This document shows positions 40,472 to 49,359 of a stretch of DNA of 64,000 bases, in pieces (position 1 is the stretch's first letter; each line of letters opens with the position of its first letter). The notes beneath the pieces are model-generated. The model was not told the DNA's origin, made no database searches, and was given only the letters and a program-made list of their open reading frames with translations. A program made the position numbers and the translations under genes. This DNA comes from Bradymonadales bacterium (GTDB taxonomy: Bacteria; Bdellovibrionota; UBA2394): positions 6,255-70,254 of the forward strand of contig REDG01000051.1 in assembly GCA_007693605.1 (NCBI GenBank). The letters are read 5' to 3'.

Positions 40472-40502
40472 AATCAAGATTTTGCTTCGAATCAAGGCGG
40501 GG

Positions 40503-41024
40503 CTAGCCGTCGACCAGAGCCTTTTCAAAAATTTCGTCAATGAAGAACTGGGTCTTTGCGGGTATCCTCGCCTTTGGATAGTATTCCTGAATCACTTGGT
40601 AAACTTTCTCTGGCGACCGTAGGCCTAGAAACGAAATCAGGAAAATGACATCATCTCGATCAGAAGTGTCCCATCTCGCACTAATTGTCTTCATGGCCAA
40701 AAGATAGTCTGCCTCAGGCGTCCAAACCAGAAGATGATCAAACTCAAAGAGAATTCGTTTTTTCGGCACTGGGACCATAAAGGCTTTTGCGGCGTCATTC
40801 AGCCAATCATCGGACAAAGAGTTCTCTTCAGCAACTTCCTTCGCGGCAAGACGCACTTCACTGCTTGGCTCAAAAACGCCATCAACATCTTTTGTTGAGG
40901 CCCTGGCTTTAAAGGCTAGGCACATGGCTGCCCCGCCAACGATCCCCAGTTCTCCCCGAATGTTTTTTCTCTTTAGGATATTCGAAAGCTGTCTCAGATA
41001 ATTCTTTATCTCATCCCTTTCCAT
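40503..41024 (-). CDS. DUF6036-like nucleotidyltransferase (candidate toxin)
   Basis: IVGGAAM...RASTKDVD (Pol-beta NTase GG/DxD), WLNDAAK, YLLAMK..SAR...DRDD. Confidence 0.8.
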   Translation of the reverse strand: MERDEIKNYLRQLSNILKRKNIRGELGIVGGAAMCLAFKARASTKDVDGVFEPSSEVRLAAKEVAEENSLSDDWLNDAAKAFMVPVPKKRILFEFDHLLVWTPEADYLLAMKTISARWDTSDRDDVIFLISFLGLRSPEKVYQVIQEYYPKARIPAKTQFFIDEIFEKALVDG

Positions 41025-41026
41025 GT

Positions 41027-41590
41027 TTAGGCCCTTTCAAAAAAGTTTTCTAAAATGAAAACATTCTTCATCTTAAAGCGAGCAGGGGATTCTAAAATGG
41101 CTGAAGCCTTCAAAGATTCGATGCCAGAAACAAACCAGGGCTGAGAAAGCGGTGCTGCATCTAAAGCCCATGCTGGCGGGGAAAATTCACTGCGATGACA
41201 GAGCTCTAGAACAATGGCAGAAATCAAGGCTTGGAGGCGTGGATTCAAAGCTCGGACAGGCGGAGTGATAAGAAGCCTTGCATCTTTGGTTCTTAGAAAC
41301 TCATCAATGAGATTGAAGAAATGCAGCTTCCATGAGTCTTCCCCCTCTTGTGAAACGGCCAGGGAAACCACGGGCACGGAGTATCGGAAATCGGCCTTTG
41401 AATTCTTCAAATATTCAAAAAGCTCCAGCTCCCGATGAGAAGCCTGTGCTATCTTTTTCAAAGTCTTCAGGCTGGCATTTCGTTCCCCTTCCTTGATGTG
41501 ACGAAGGGTCGTTCGAGAGATGCCCGCCAGTCGAGCCAGCTCCCTTTCCGAGACCTGATGCAAATTTTTGTTATTGTTCAAGTTTCTCAT
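41027..41590 (-). CDS. XRE-family HTH protein with C-terminal putative antitoxin domain
   Basis: SERELARLAGISRTTLRHIKEG..NASLKTL; C-terminal PPAW....PLSQPWF...ESPARFK.KNVF. Confidence 0.8.
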   Translation of the reverse strand: MRNLNNNKNLHQVSERELARLAGISRTTLRHIKEGERNASLKTLKKIAQASHRELELFEYLKNSKADFRYSVPVVSLAVSQEGEDSWKLHFFNLIDEFLRTKDARLLITPPVRALNPRLQALISAIVLELCHRSEFSPPAWALDAAPLSQPWFVSGIESLKASAILESPARFKMKNVFILENFFERA

Positions 41591-41629
41591 GGTACAATAT
41601 ATTGTACCATTTTATGGCTTAGGGCACAA
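41589..41629 (-). promoter_or_regulatory. sigma70 promoter overlapped by a perfect 22-bp palindromic operator
   Basis: Minus strand TTGTGC-17bp-TACAAT (with TG extension); ATGGTACAATATATTGTACCAT at 41589-41610 covers the -10 box and part of the start codon. Confidence 0.75.
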
Positions 41630-41655
41630 GGCTGTCGAAACTGTCCGCCATGCAA

Positions 41656-41670
41656 GGGGAGTGTCGCCAA
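41656..41670 (+). repeat. Short fragment of repeat family A
   Basis: GGGGAGTGTCGCCAA. Confidence 0.4.
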
Positions 41671-41678
41671 TGGCTCCC

Positions 41679-42479
41679 TTAAGCTCGGCGGCTTGGGTGC
41701 TGGTACCAAGCTCGAACCTTCCGGTCTTTCGGATACTTCTTTTGGAGTAGGTTTTCGACGGCCTCCATTTTGCCGTCTGAGGGAATCCACTCTGCTAGGT
41801 CGGGAAAGTCCACTCGACAGTTTTCACAATGTTTATTTTCGTAAAACCGAATGGGACACCAGAAGCTTTCATTGTTGCGAACCATTTCTCCCCCCAGAGA
41901 GTAAACACCGGCAGCCCACTCGCAGTACAAACACCAAAGGAGATCAATCCCAACCAGACCTTGAAACTTATGCCGAGAAACTTGAATGAAGTCAGAGTGT
42001 ATGTAGCGAGGAAAGCCCAGAGAAAATTGCAATAGGGGATACAGGAAGATTTGTCCGAAACGGACCACTAAAAAACAGGGAAGGGCCAAGAGGGTAAAGT
42101 AGAAGCCTGCGAGAACTTTGACGGTGCCGACCGATGAGCCAAGCACCTTGAGCAAGCGACCCCCTTGAGAGCCTGACCGAAGATAAGCCAGCCAAGAATG
42201 AATGCGGCAAAAGATCGCCAGATAGATCGACTGAGTGACAACAGACACGAGAAATCCGGCGATGCCCATATACAATGCGCTGAACAAAGGCGGCAGCCAA
42301 ACAAAGACAGCGACCCAGAAGTCTAGAATGGGCACTTTACGAAATCTTTCAGCTAACGAATTGGATTGAAGACCGAGATAGAGGGCGAGCGTATTCCCCA
42401 ACAGCCACAAAAAAATCCACAGCGCCCACTCGACCTGGTCTGACCATAATGAATGCAATGCTTCCAAGAACACCCCCAA
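41679..42479 (-). CDS. Hypothetical membrane protein with Cys-rich C-terminal domain
   Basis: 4-5 TM segments then WCLYCEW, ESFWCPIRF, KHCENC; start uncertain. Confidence 0.7.
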   Translation of the reverse strand: MGVFLEALHSLWSDQVEWALWIFLWLLGNTLALYLGLQSNSLAERFRKVPILDFWVAVFVWLPPLFSALYMGIAGFLVSVVTQSIYLAIFCRIHSWLAYLRSGSQGGRLLKVLGSSVGTVKVLAGFYFTLLALPCFLVVRFGQIFLYPLLQFSLGFPRYIHSDFIQVSRHKFQGLVGIDLLWCLYCEWAAGVYSLGGEMVRNNESFWCPIRFYENKHCENCRVDFPDLAEWIPSDGKMEAVENLLQKKYPKDRKVRAWYQHPSRRA

Positions 42480-42577
42480 AGCTCATTTGAGCAGAAAACT
42501 GAGAAATGTAAATCTTAAGTCTGTGATGAGTCGGGTTTCATTGGGGGTGTTAAAGAGATGCTTTGAATGAGCCCCCA

Positions 42578-43384
42578 TCACTGGTGATTTTCGAGTTCCT
42601 GCTTCAGAAAGCTGCGGATCTGCTCTTGATAAGTCTCTTGTAGAAGAAACTGATTGTGACCCATGGATTTAAATGCGACCAGTTTCTTGAGGTGAGGAAG
42701 CTGAGCGGCCAGTCTTTTGCTGGAGCTTGGGGGGACCACTTCATCTGTCTCGCTGAACAAAACAAGGCTTGGGGCTTGAACTCGCGGGGCCCAATCAATT
42801 GAGGGGAATGGGTGCCGAAGCAGGAGTTTCACCGGAAGCCAGGGGTAGTGTCTTCGAGCGATGTCGACCAGACTCGCGGCAGGGGCTTGTAGAATGAGGC
42901 CCGCACTTTGAATTCGTTGCGCAGCCACCCAAACGGCCACCGAACTTCCGATCGATTCTCCAAACAAAAAAATGGGCCCTGGCGATTCAGACTCGATGAG
43001 GTCGAAAACCTCCAGTCCGGCTCGAAGAAAAGCTTCTTGAGAGGCCTTTCGACGAGGCTCTCCGCCATAGCCCGGGTATTCAAGAAATATGAGATTGAGG
43101 GGAAGCCCTTCCAGGACTTCCGAAAAGAAGAGTCGATCGCAGGCAGAGCCCGCATTTCCGTGAAAATAGATCAGGCTTCCCTCAGCGCCTGCTTGCTGTC
43201 GATGATAGAAACGAACTTCATTCTGTTCGACAGCCACAAAGGAGTAGCTCTTGGCCTCCGAGCAGTTTCCAAATGTGGAACCAAAGCTCTGAAAAATGAG
43301 AAACTTCTGAAGCAGGAACAGCAGCAAGCATAGCCCCAGCCAAACAGAAAAAATCAAAACGGCAACTCGAAGGATTGAATTCAT
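42578..43384 (-). CDS. Alpha/beta hydrolase (ABHD13/17-like), membrane anchored
   Basis: YFHGNAG, EYPGYG, GESIG nucleophile elbow, DEVVP, GHN. Confidence 0.88.
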   Translation of the reverse strand: MNSILRVAVLIFSVWLGLCLLLFLLQKFLIFQSFGSTFGNCSEAKSYSFVAVEQNEVRFYHRQQAGAEGSLIYFHGNAGSACDRLFFSEVLEGLPLNLIFLEYPGYGGEPRRKASQEAFLRAGLEVFDLIESESPGPIFLFGESIGSSVAVWVAAQRIQSAGLILQAPAASLVDIARRHYPWLPVKLLLRHPFPSIDWAPRVQAPSLVLFSETDEVVPPSSSKRLAAQLPHLKKLVAFKSMGHNQFLLQETYQEQIRSFLKQELENHQ

Positions 43385-43576
43385 TGAAGCTTTTCTATCA
43401 CTTTTGGGTGTTTCGGCGAAAGGCCGGAGCGGGACTTCGGTGACCGCCGTTGCGACAGCCCGTGGGCAAGCGATCGCTGTGCCCCCCTCGGGCTGGACTG
43501 AGCCAGCTCCTTGAAATGATTGATGATTAGGCTCTTATATTGGACTTGCCAGAGGGGCTAAAACTCGGCTTGGGTC

Positions 43577-43592
43577 AGGTACGATTCTTGCG
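43577..43592 (+). promoter_or_regulatory. Putative sigma54 promoter
   Basis: AGGTACG-ATTC-TTGCG: GG-N10-GC spacing, about 13 bp before the start of the sigma-like gene. Confidence 0.45.
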
Positions 43593-43604
43593 AATCTCAT
43601 AGGG

Positions 43605-45155
43605 GTGATGGTGGTCAGGCGTTTCCATATCGCGATTTTTGCTCTCGCTTTGGGTCTATCGACTTTTTTGGCGCCAGCTTCTTTGCGTGCTGATATCTGC
43701 AGGACAGTGACCGAGATATTGGCAAACAAGCTGACGGCGGATGCCTCGCCAGGAAATAAAGGAAGATTGCGGTTCATGGATTTGTTCAGAGCTTTGGGCC
43801 TGGAAGGCTCTGACACTCTTCACGAAGCTAAAAATAAAAGTCCTAAAGCGGTCAATCAGGAAGTCGAGAGCATTCAAAGCTCGGAGATTGCTCCCCGGAT
43901 TTTAAGGATGGAGGCTCTTGAAGAGCAGATGCTGAGGGAGATTTCAAACGCGTACAATTCATTGTCAAAGTCAGAGAAGGAGAGGCTGAAGGCTTCTAAA
44001 GAGAAGGAGGCTTCTAATCTTCAAAAGGGTCTTTCGCTCGAAGCTTCACGAAAGGAGCGAGTGCGGGCGATCATGGCGGCAAACCTTGAGTTTCCGAATT
44101 GGTTTCAAAGTAAAGAAATGAGCGAAGCCTTTGATGAGTGGAGAACTTTAGAAACGGAGCTGCTGGACTTGATGATGGGCTATGTCACCACCCTGGCGGC
44201 CAGGTCCGTCAGACCAAACCGACCGGATGATTTTGCAGACGCTCTTCAAGAGGGAGCGATGGCGGCCGTAGAGGCGATTCGAGCTTATGAAGTTTCAAGT
44301 GGCTTCAATCTAACCACCCTTCTGCACCCATATGTTTCAAAAAAGTTGGAGAGTTTAGGGGTCTCAGGACTGAGACAACGAGAGGCAGGCTATCTTAAAG
44401 CCCCTGAGCTAGAGTGGCTGGCAGGCTTTCATGAGGAGTACGGGCGCGACCCATCTTTTGAAGAAATCCGCTTCGAGTTTCCGAAGCCTGTTCAACACAA
44501 CAGAATGTGGGACCAAATCAGGACGGGTCAGCAGCGAAACTCTCGTTCTCTCTTTGTGCCCGATCCCGATGGGGGATTTCGACTTCGGCCCTTGAGCGAT
44601 CCTTCCGTGGAATCTCCTGGCGTTCAACGGGAGAGAATCGAGCTTCTCGATCGTTTACTCAGTGAGATCACCAAGCACGAAGAGGCCAATCAATTTGTCA
44701 TGTACTATCGATTGAAGTGGGGCGAAAGACTGCAAGAAAATAGTCGAGGGGAAATCATCCCGCAATCCCTTTTGACCGATGAGCAAATTCAAGAACAACT
44801 AGGTTTTAACAATCGACAAAACCTTGAGCACTTTTTAGATCGAATGCAGTACAAACTTTTGGTCGTCTCTGCCTTTGACTCTCGCCCCGATCTGTTTAAC
44901 GAAGTGGATAAACAGGTAGTTTCTCGAAAGTATGGTCTCTTTGGTGTGGGTGCGATTCAGGCGAGAGCTAATCCCAAGTCTCTGGCAAAGGAGTTGGGAT
45001 TAACAGAAGAACAAGTGAAAGAGAGTTTACTGAAAGTCCAGTCTTGGATCATTGCCGAAGGTCATTTGTTTTCTAGAAAGCAGCTTTTGAGTTTTCTTCC
45101 CGACGATCTGAAGGAAGCCTTCGAGACTCTCTCGGGGCCTTCGATCAGGGAGTGA
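43605..45155 (+). CDS. Signal-peptide-bearing, degenerate sigma70-family-like protein
   Basis: Sec signal (RR, hydrophobic core, SLRA cleavage) then DALQEGAMAAVEAIRAYE..SGF (region 2), EEYGRDPSFEEI (region 3), SLAKELGLTEEQVK (region-4-like HTH). Confidence 0.7.
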   Translation: MMVVRRFHIAIFALALGLSTFLAPASLRADICRTVTEILANKLTADASPGNKGRLRFMDLFRALGLEGSDTLHEAKNKSPKAVNQEVESIQSSEIAPRILRMEALEEQMLREISNAYNSLSKSEKERLKASKEKEASNLQKGLSLEASRKERVRAIMAANLEFPNWFQSKEMSEAFDEWRTLETELLDLMMGYVTTLAARSVRPNRPDDFADALQEGAMAAVEAIRAYEVSSGFNLTTLLHPYVSKKLESLGVSGLRQREAGYLKAPELEWLAGFHEEYGRDPSFEEIRFEFPKPVQHNRMWDQIRTGQQRNSRSLFVPDPDGGFRLRPLSDPSVESPGVQRERIELLDRLLSEITKHEEANQFVMYYRLKWGERLQENSRGEIIPQSLLTDEQIQEQLGFNNRQNLEHFLDRMQYKLLVVSAFDSRPDLFNEVDKQVVSRKYGLFGVGAIQARANPKSLAKELGLTEEQVKESLLKVQSWIIAEGHLFSRKQLLSFLPDDLKEAFETLSGPSIRE

Positions 45156-46227
45156 ATATTTTCTGATCGAGTTTAAAGCCTGAACGACGAGCCTCCTCTA
45201 GAAAGCTTGGGAGCTCGCCCGTTGGCCGGTGCTTGACTCGGGCTTTGGCGCCTTCCTTTTGTTCCAGAATTTCTAAAACAAAGAGATCTCGGATGTCGTA
45301 GTTTCCTGACTCATCCAGGCCCACCAGTTCTGAAACATGAGTCAATCGGCGGCTGCCGTCGCGAAGCCTTGAGGCCTGAACAATAATTTGAATGGCATTG
45401 GCAATTTGACTTCGAATGGCAATCAGAGGCATTTCGAGTCGGTTCATCATAATTAAAGTTTCAATTCGTGAGATCGCTTGCCGAGGGTTGTTGGCGTGAA
45501 GGGTGGACATACTTCCGGAATGGCCGGTAGTCATGGCCTGTAGGAGGTCCAGAGCCTCGGGGCCCCGAACCTCTCCAATCACAATCCGATCGGGTCGCAG
45601 TCGCAGCGAGCTTTTAACGAGATCTCGAATATCGACCGTCAACTTGTCACTATGAACGCTCTCCATGCGGAGAACATGTTCTTGCTGAAGTTGAAGCTCT
45701 GAGGCGTCTTCAATCACCACGATTCTTTGGTCGGAGGGAATAAAACTTGAGATCGCGTTGAGCAGAGTGGTCTTTCCGGAGCTGGTGGAGCCTGAAACGA
45801 TTAGGTTTTTCTTCAGTTGAACACAGACATGAAGAAAGCGAGCCATGTCGACTGACATCGCGCCCACCTTCACCAAGTCTTTAACTTCTAAGGGCACATC
45901 GCCAAACTTTCGAATGGCCATATACACCCCATCTTTGGCGCAAGGCGGGACGACAATATGAATTCGACTGCCGTCGGGCAATCGAGCGTCCATGACGGGG
46001 TTGAGTTCATCAATTCGCCGGCCCACAAACTGGGCCACATTTCTCGCTGCTGCAAACAAAGCGTCTTCATCGGCGAAGGCTGTTTCGGCTCGAATCAGCT
46101 TTCCCTTGCGCTCGATATAAATCTCGTCGGGTGAATTGATAAGGATTTCGGTTACACTGTCGTCGTCCAAGAAGTCCAAAATAGGACCCAAAAAGCTCCG
46201 AGTCGTGTCGTTTTCGATCAAGGCCAC
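45145..46227 (-). CDS. cpaF: CpaF/TadA family secretion ATPase
   Basis: VTEILIN, DARLPDGSRI, IRKF, GSTSSGKTTLLN, IEDASEL, RLRPDRIVIGEVRG, TGHSGSMSTLHAN; GTG start 46227. Confidence 0.93.
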   Translation of the reverse strand: MALIENDTTRSFLGPILDFLDDDSVTEILINSPDEIYIERKGKLIRAETAFADEDALFAAARNVAQFVGRRIDELNPVMDARLPDGSRIHIVVPPCAKDGVYMAIRKFGDVPLEVKDLVKVGAMSVDMARFLHVCVQLKKNLIVSGSTSSGKTTLLNAISSFIPSDQRIVVIEDASELQLQQEHVLRMESVHSDKLTVDIRDLVKSSLRLRPDRIVIGEVRGPEALDLLQAMTTGHSGSMSTLHANNPRQAISRIETLIMMNRLEMPLIAIRSQIANAIQIIVQASRLRDGSRRLTHVSELVGLDESGNYDIRDLFVLEILEQKEGAKARVKHRPTGELPSFLEEARRSGFKLDQKIFTP

Positions 46228-46262
46228 AAGCCCATTATAACCCCTTTTCTGGGCCTGACGCT

Positions 46263-46278
46263 TGGCACAGGCTTTGCA
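46263..46278 (+). promoter_or_regulatory. sigma54 (-24/-12) promoter of the TPR/Glt-like gene
   Basis: TGGCACA-GGCT-TTGCA, near-perfect consensus, about 30 bp before ATG 46307. Confidence 0.7.
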
Positions 46279-46306
46279 TTTCTTAAGGAATGCCCTGGGG
46301 GCCATT

Positions 46307-48868
46307 ATGCCAAAAAACAGTCTAAGTTATTTAATTCACTCACTTTTTAGCTCTTTTGCGTCTGGGCTCAAATGGGGGCTCTGTGTCGCAGTTGGGGCCT
46401 TGATGGGTCTTGAGCTCTCTGCCTCAGAAATCTCTGAACTAGAGCGTCGAGAGCGACTGCACGAGCTCTATCAGCGGCAAATTCCTCTTCTGGAACAATT
46501 TGTTCGCAATCACGAACGATCAGAGCAAACGCCTGCGAACCTCTTTCGCTTGGGCGAGGCCTATTTCGAGTCGGCCAAATACTATCAGTTGAAAGGGAAT
46601 CAATCTCGAACTACGGTCTTCTTTCAAAGAGCCATTCAAGCGCTTGAGAAACTTCGTACAGATTTTCCTCTTTACGAACGAGCGGATGAAGCCTTGTTTG
46701 TTTTGTCCTCGGCCTATCTTGAGACTTCTCGAAATGCTGAAGCAGGCGGCGTTTTGGCAGAGATCGCCAGGCGATTCCCTCAATCTCCCATCATGACCCA
46801 AGCCGCCTATCTTTTAGGGGATCACTTTTATTCTCAGGACAATATGACAGAAGCCAAAAAATATTATGAGATGGCTTCTCAAATTGAGGAATCGAAAGTC
46901 TATGGGCACTACCGATTGGCTTGGGTGGCCCTTCGTCAAGGGCAAGCCGCCGTGTCTCTCAGGCATTTTGTGGAAAGCATTCGTCTGAGCTCCGAAGGCT
47001 CCAGCTCTAATTACGACTATTCAAAAGATGCTGCGCGAGAGATGGTCTGGCCAGCCCTAGAGGTTCATCGCCCTCAACAAGTGATTCGCTACTTGCAAAG
47101 CACTTTGCCCAACAAGGAACTTTTAGAGATTTCTTTGAACGCTCTAGCCATGGGATCGATGACCAAAGAGGATTATCGTCTTGCTAGTCAAATTTTTGAT
47201 GTTTTGACTCAAGACTTTCAGGACTCTGCCCGCTTTGATAGTTGGATGAAGGCTCAACTAGAGGCCGAAGAAAAACTCGGTCGTTCGGATCGTATTGTTG
47301 ATTTGGTTTCTCGCTTGAGCGAGCGAGAGGGGAATTCGACCGAAATTCGCACTCAAATCTATACAAACGCCAAAAAGTATCATGCTTTGGCCCAAGCAGA
47401 GAAAGATCCGAAAGTCAGAGACTCGAACTACGATCAAGCCATCGCGTATTATCAGGCCTTTGTAAAGATGGGGGAAGATCTCAAAACTCAAGAGACCCAG
47501 TTCTACCTGGGTGAGGCGCTCTACACTCGGGGGCGATATGAAGAGGCGGTTCGAGCCTACCAAGCTTCTGTTCAGGGGCAACACGAAAAGCAGCAAGACG
47601 CCGCTTGGAACTGGTATCACACCGCAGAAAAGCTGGCCCCGGGCTTTCGCTATGAAGGTGAATCTGCAAGGCCCCTGCAGGCCAAGGATGAAGAGTTTTT
47701 AACGGCCGCCCGCTTTGTGGCTTCCGCCGATTTTATGCCTGAAGAAAGGCGTCGAACGGCGAGTTATCAGTCTGCCCGACTTCTGTATCAACTCAATCAA
47801 CACGATCAAGCACTGCCCCTCTTTCAGCAGCTGGCAGAGCGCTTTCCTCAGACCAAAGAAGGCCAGATGAGTGCTCAGCTTGTACTCGATATTCATAATT
47901 TGAAGGGAGATTATCGAGCGGTGGCCCAATACGCGCGAGACCTCAGGCAACAATCGGCTCCGGCTGAGGCTGGAAAGTTGGCGGAGCTCGAAGCTCAGGC
48001 CCTCTTTAAAAGCCTTCAAGCCGAAGAACGGCAGGCGAGAGAATTTCCAGAACGCCAAAGGATTTCAGCCTTTCGGCAGATGTCTCAACGCTATCTTCAG
48101 TATGCAAGACAGTATCCAGAAGCCGAGCTGGCCCCCGCCGGGCTTTGGGCGGCTCTTCAGTTGTCTGCCACGGTGGCCACTTTTGAGGGAGACCGGCGAT
48201 TTACCTCCGTTCGCGAGCTGTTTGATCTCTTGAGGGCCAGATATTCTAACACCGAGTTTATGCCTCGGGCGGTCGATTTGATGGGAGAGTTTTTGGCGCA
48301 CCAACAGCCTGAAGTTTCAGCCCTTCATGGCTTAGAAATTTATCGAGAGGCCTGGCTTAAACAAATGAGACAACAGCCAGCGGCTGAGCGAGGTCTTTGG
48401 GGGAGCTATCTCTATGAACTTTCAAGTGAGAGCCAAAAGAAGGCCCTTCTCAAAGAGTTCTCAACTTTTCCGGTGAGCGCAGAGAATCGAAAGTTAATTG
48501 CGAAGTATCGGTTCTCAGAAGTAGAAGAGCAGTTAGTGTCTTATCGGGATGTGAGCTTGAACCAACTTTCGAGTTTAGCCAAAAATACACAGGAGAAGTT
48601 AAAGAGATTGGAGCGCCTCGAGTCCTCGGTGAAAGCTATGGTCGAACTCGGAGACCCAAAGTCTGCCGTGGCTTCTTTGGATCTGTTGGCGGTTGCCTAT
48701 GCCGAGATGGGTCAGGCCTTTCGAGAGGCCCCAGTGCCAGACTCGCTCGAGCCTGAGCAGCTTCAGCAATATCGACAAGCCGTCGAAGAAAAGGCTCGAG
48801 ATTACGACCTAGAAGCTCGCAAGACTCGAGAGCTGTCTAGGCAAACAGCAAGAAGGCTTGGAATCTAA
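46307..48868 (+). CDS. Exported multi-TPR protein, GltD/AgmU-like
   Basis: Hydrophobic N-terminus; repeated TPRs (LFRLGEAY, ADEALFVL, FPQSP...AAYLLGDHFY, YRLAW); C-terminal APVP..L...Q..QYRQ.VEE; upstream of gltF/gltG-like genes. Confidence 0.7.
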   Translation: MPKNSLSYLIHSLFSSFASGLKWGLCVAVGALMGLELSASEISELERRERLHELYQRQIPLLEQFVRNHERSEQTPANLFRLGEAYFESAKYYQLKGNQSRTTVFFQRAIQALEKLRTDFPLYERADEALFVLSSAYLETSRNAEAGGVLAEIARRFPQSPIMTQAAYLLGDHFYSQDNMTEAKKYYEMASQIEESKVYGHYRLAWVALRQGQAAVSLRHFVESIRLSSEGSSSNYDYSKDAAREMVWPALEVHRPQQVIRYLQSTLPNKELLEISLNALAMGSMTKEDYRLASQIFDVLTQDFQDSARFDSWMKAQLEAEEKLGRSDRIVDLVSRLSEREGNSTEIRTQIYTNAKKYHALAQAEKDPKVRDSNYDQAIAYYQAFVKMGEDLKTQETQFYLGEALYTRGRYEEAVRAYQASVQGQHEKQQDAAWNWYHTAEKLAPGFRYEGESARPLQAKDEEFLTAARFVASADFMPEERRRTASYQSARLLYQLNQHDQALPLFQQLAERFPQTKEGQMSAQLVLDIHNLKGDYRAVAQYARDLRQQSAPAEAGKLAELEAQALFKSLQAEERQAREFPERQRISAFRQMSQRYLQYARQYPEAELAPAGLWAALQLSATVATFEGDRRFTSVRELFDLLRARYSNTEFMPRAVDLMGEFLAHQQPEVSALHGLEIYREAWLKQMRQQPAAERGLWGSYLYELSSESQKKALLKEFSTFPVSAENRKLIAKYRFSEVEEQLVSYRDVSLNQLSSLAKNTQEKLKRLERLESSVKAMVELGDPKSAVASLDLLAVAYAEMGQAFREAPVPDSLEPEQLQQYRQAVEEKARDYDLEARKTRELSRQTARRLGI

Positions 48869-48869
48869 A

Positions 48870-49021
48870 GGGAGTGTCGCTAAGGGCCCATCTGCTTTGT
48901 CGGCTGCGTCGCTGCGCTTCTCGAGTGGCATTTTAACCACACTGCGATGCTCGCTCCTTGCCTTCTCGCATCTGGACCCCTATCGCCACTCCCGAATGCA
49001 GAGTTTGGCGACAGTCCCCTA
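48870..49021. mobile_element. MITE/REP-like element (repeat family A, most complete copy)
   Basis: Imperfect 26-bp terminal inverted repeats GGGAGTGTCGCTAAGGGCCCATCTGC (48870-48895) and GCATCTGGACCCCTATCGCCACTCCC (48968-48993), plus an extra GGCGACAGTCCCCTA end; non-coding. Confidence 0.65.
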
Positions 49022-49077
49022 AAGTTTCTTCGTTGGAAGGACTTTTCGGATGTAAGAAAGGAGGGTAGGCTTAGGCT

Positions 49078-49359
49078 ATGGTCATCTTTCGTTGCATTCT
49101 TTGCCTGATTTTTGGGGCCCTAATGTTTTCGGTCGTTCAGGTTTTTGCCCAGCAATCCAGTGAATCTGAGGTTCAGAGGCGAGTGGTTTATCGAGAACGC
49201 TCTTACTTTGAGTTTGAGGACAGCTTGATTCGAGGAGATCAACCCTCTCCGGACGGCTCCAGTTTGTTTAGAAAAGAACGAGTTCCCTTTCGAAGCGCTT
49301 TAAATCTGAAGCGCTCCTTTATGCCAGAGCTTCGAGAGAGCGCCAAGGATACTCGCTAG
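49078..49359 (+). CDS. CglF/GltF-like small exported gliding protein
   Basis: Signal peptide; FEFEDSLIRGD..SPDG....F.S.L..K.SF.PEL..S pattern of the CglF family. Confidence 0.75.
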   Translation: MVIFRCILCLIFGALMFSVVQVFAQQSSESEVQRRVVYRERSYFEFEDSLIRGDQPSPDGSSLFRKERVPFRSALNLKRSFMPELRESAKDTR

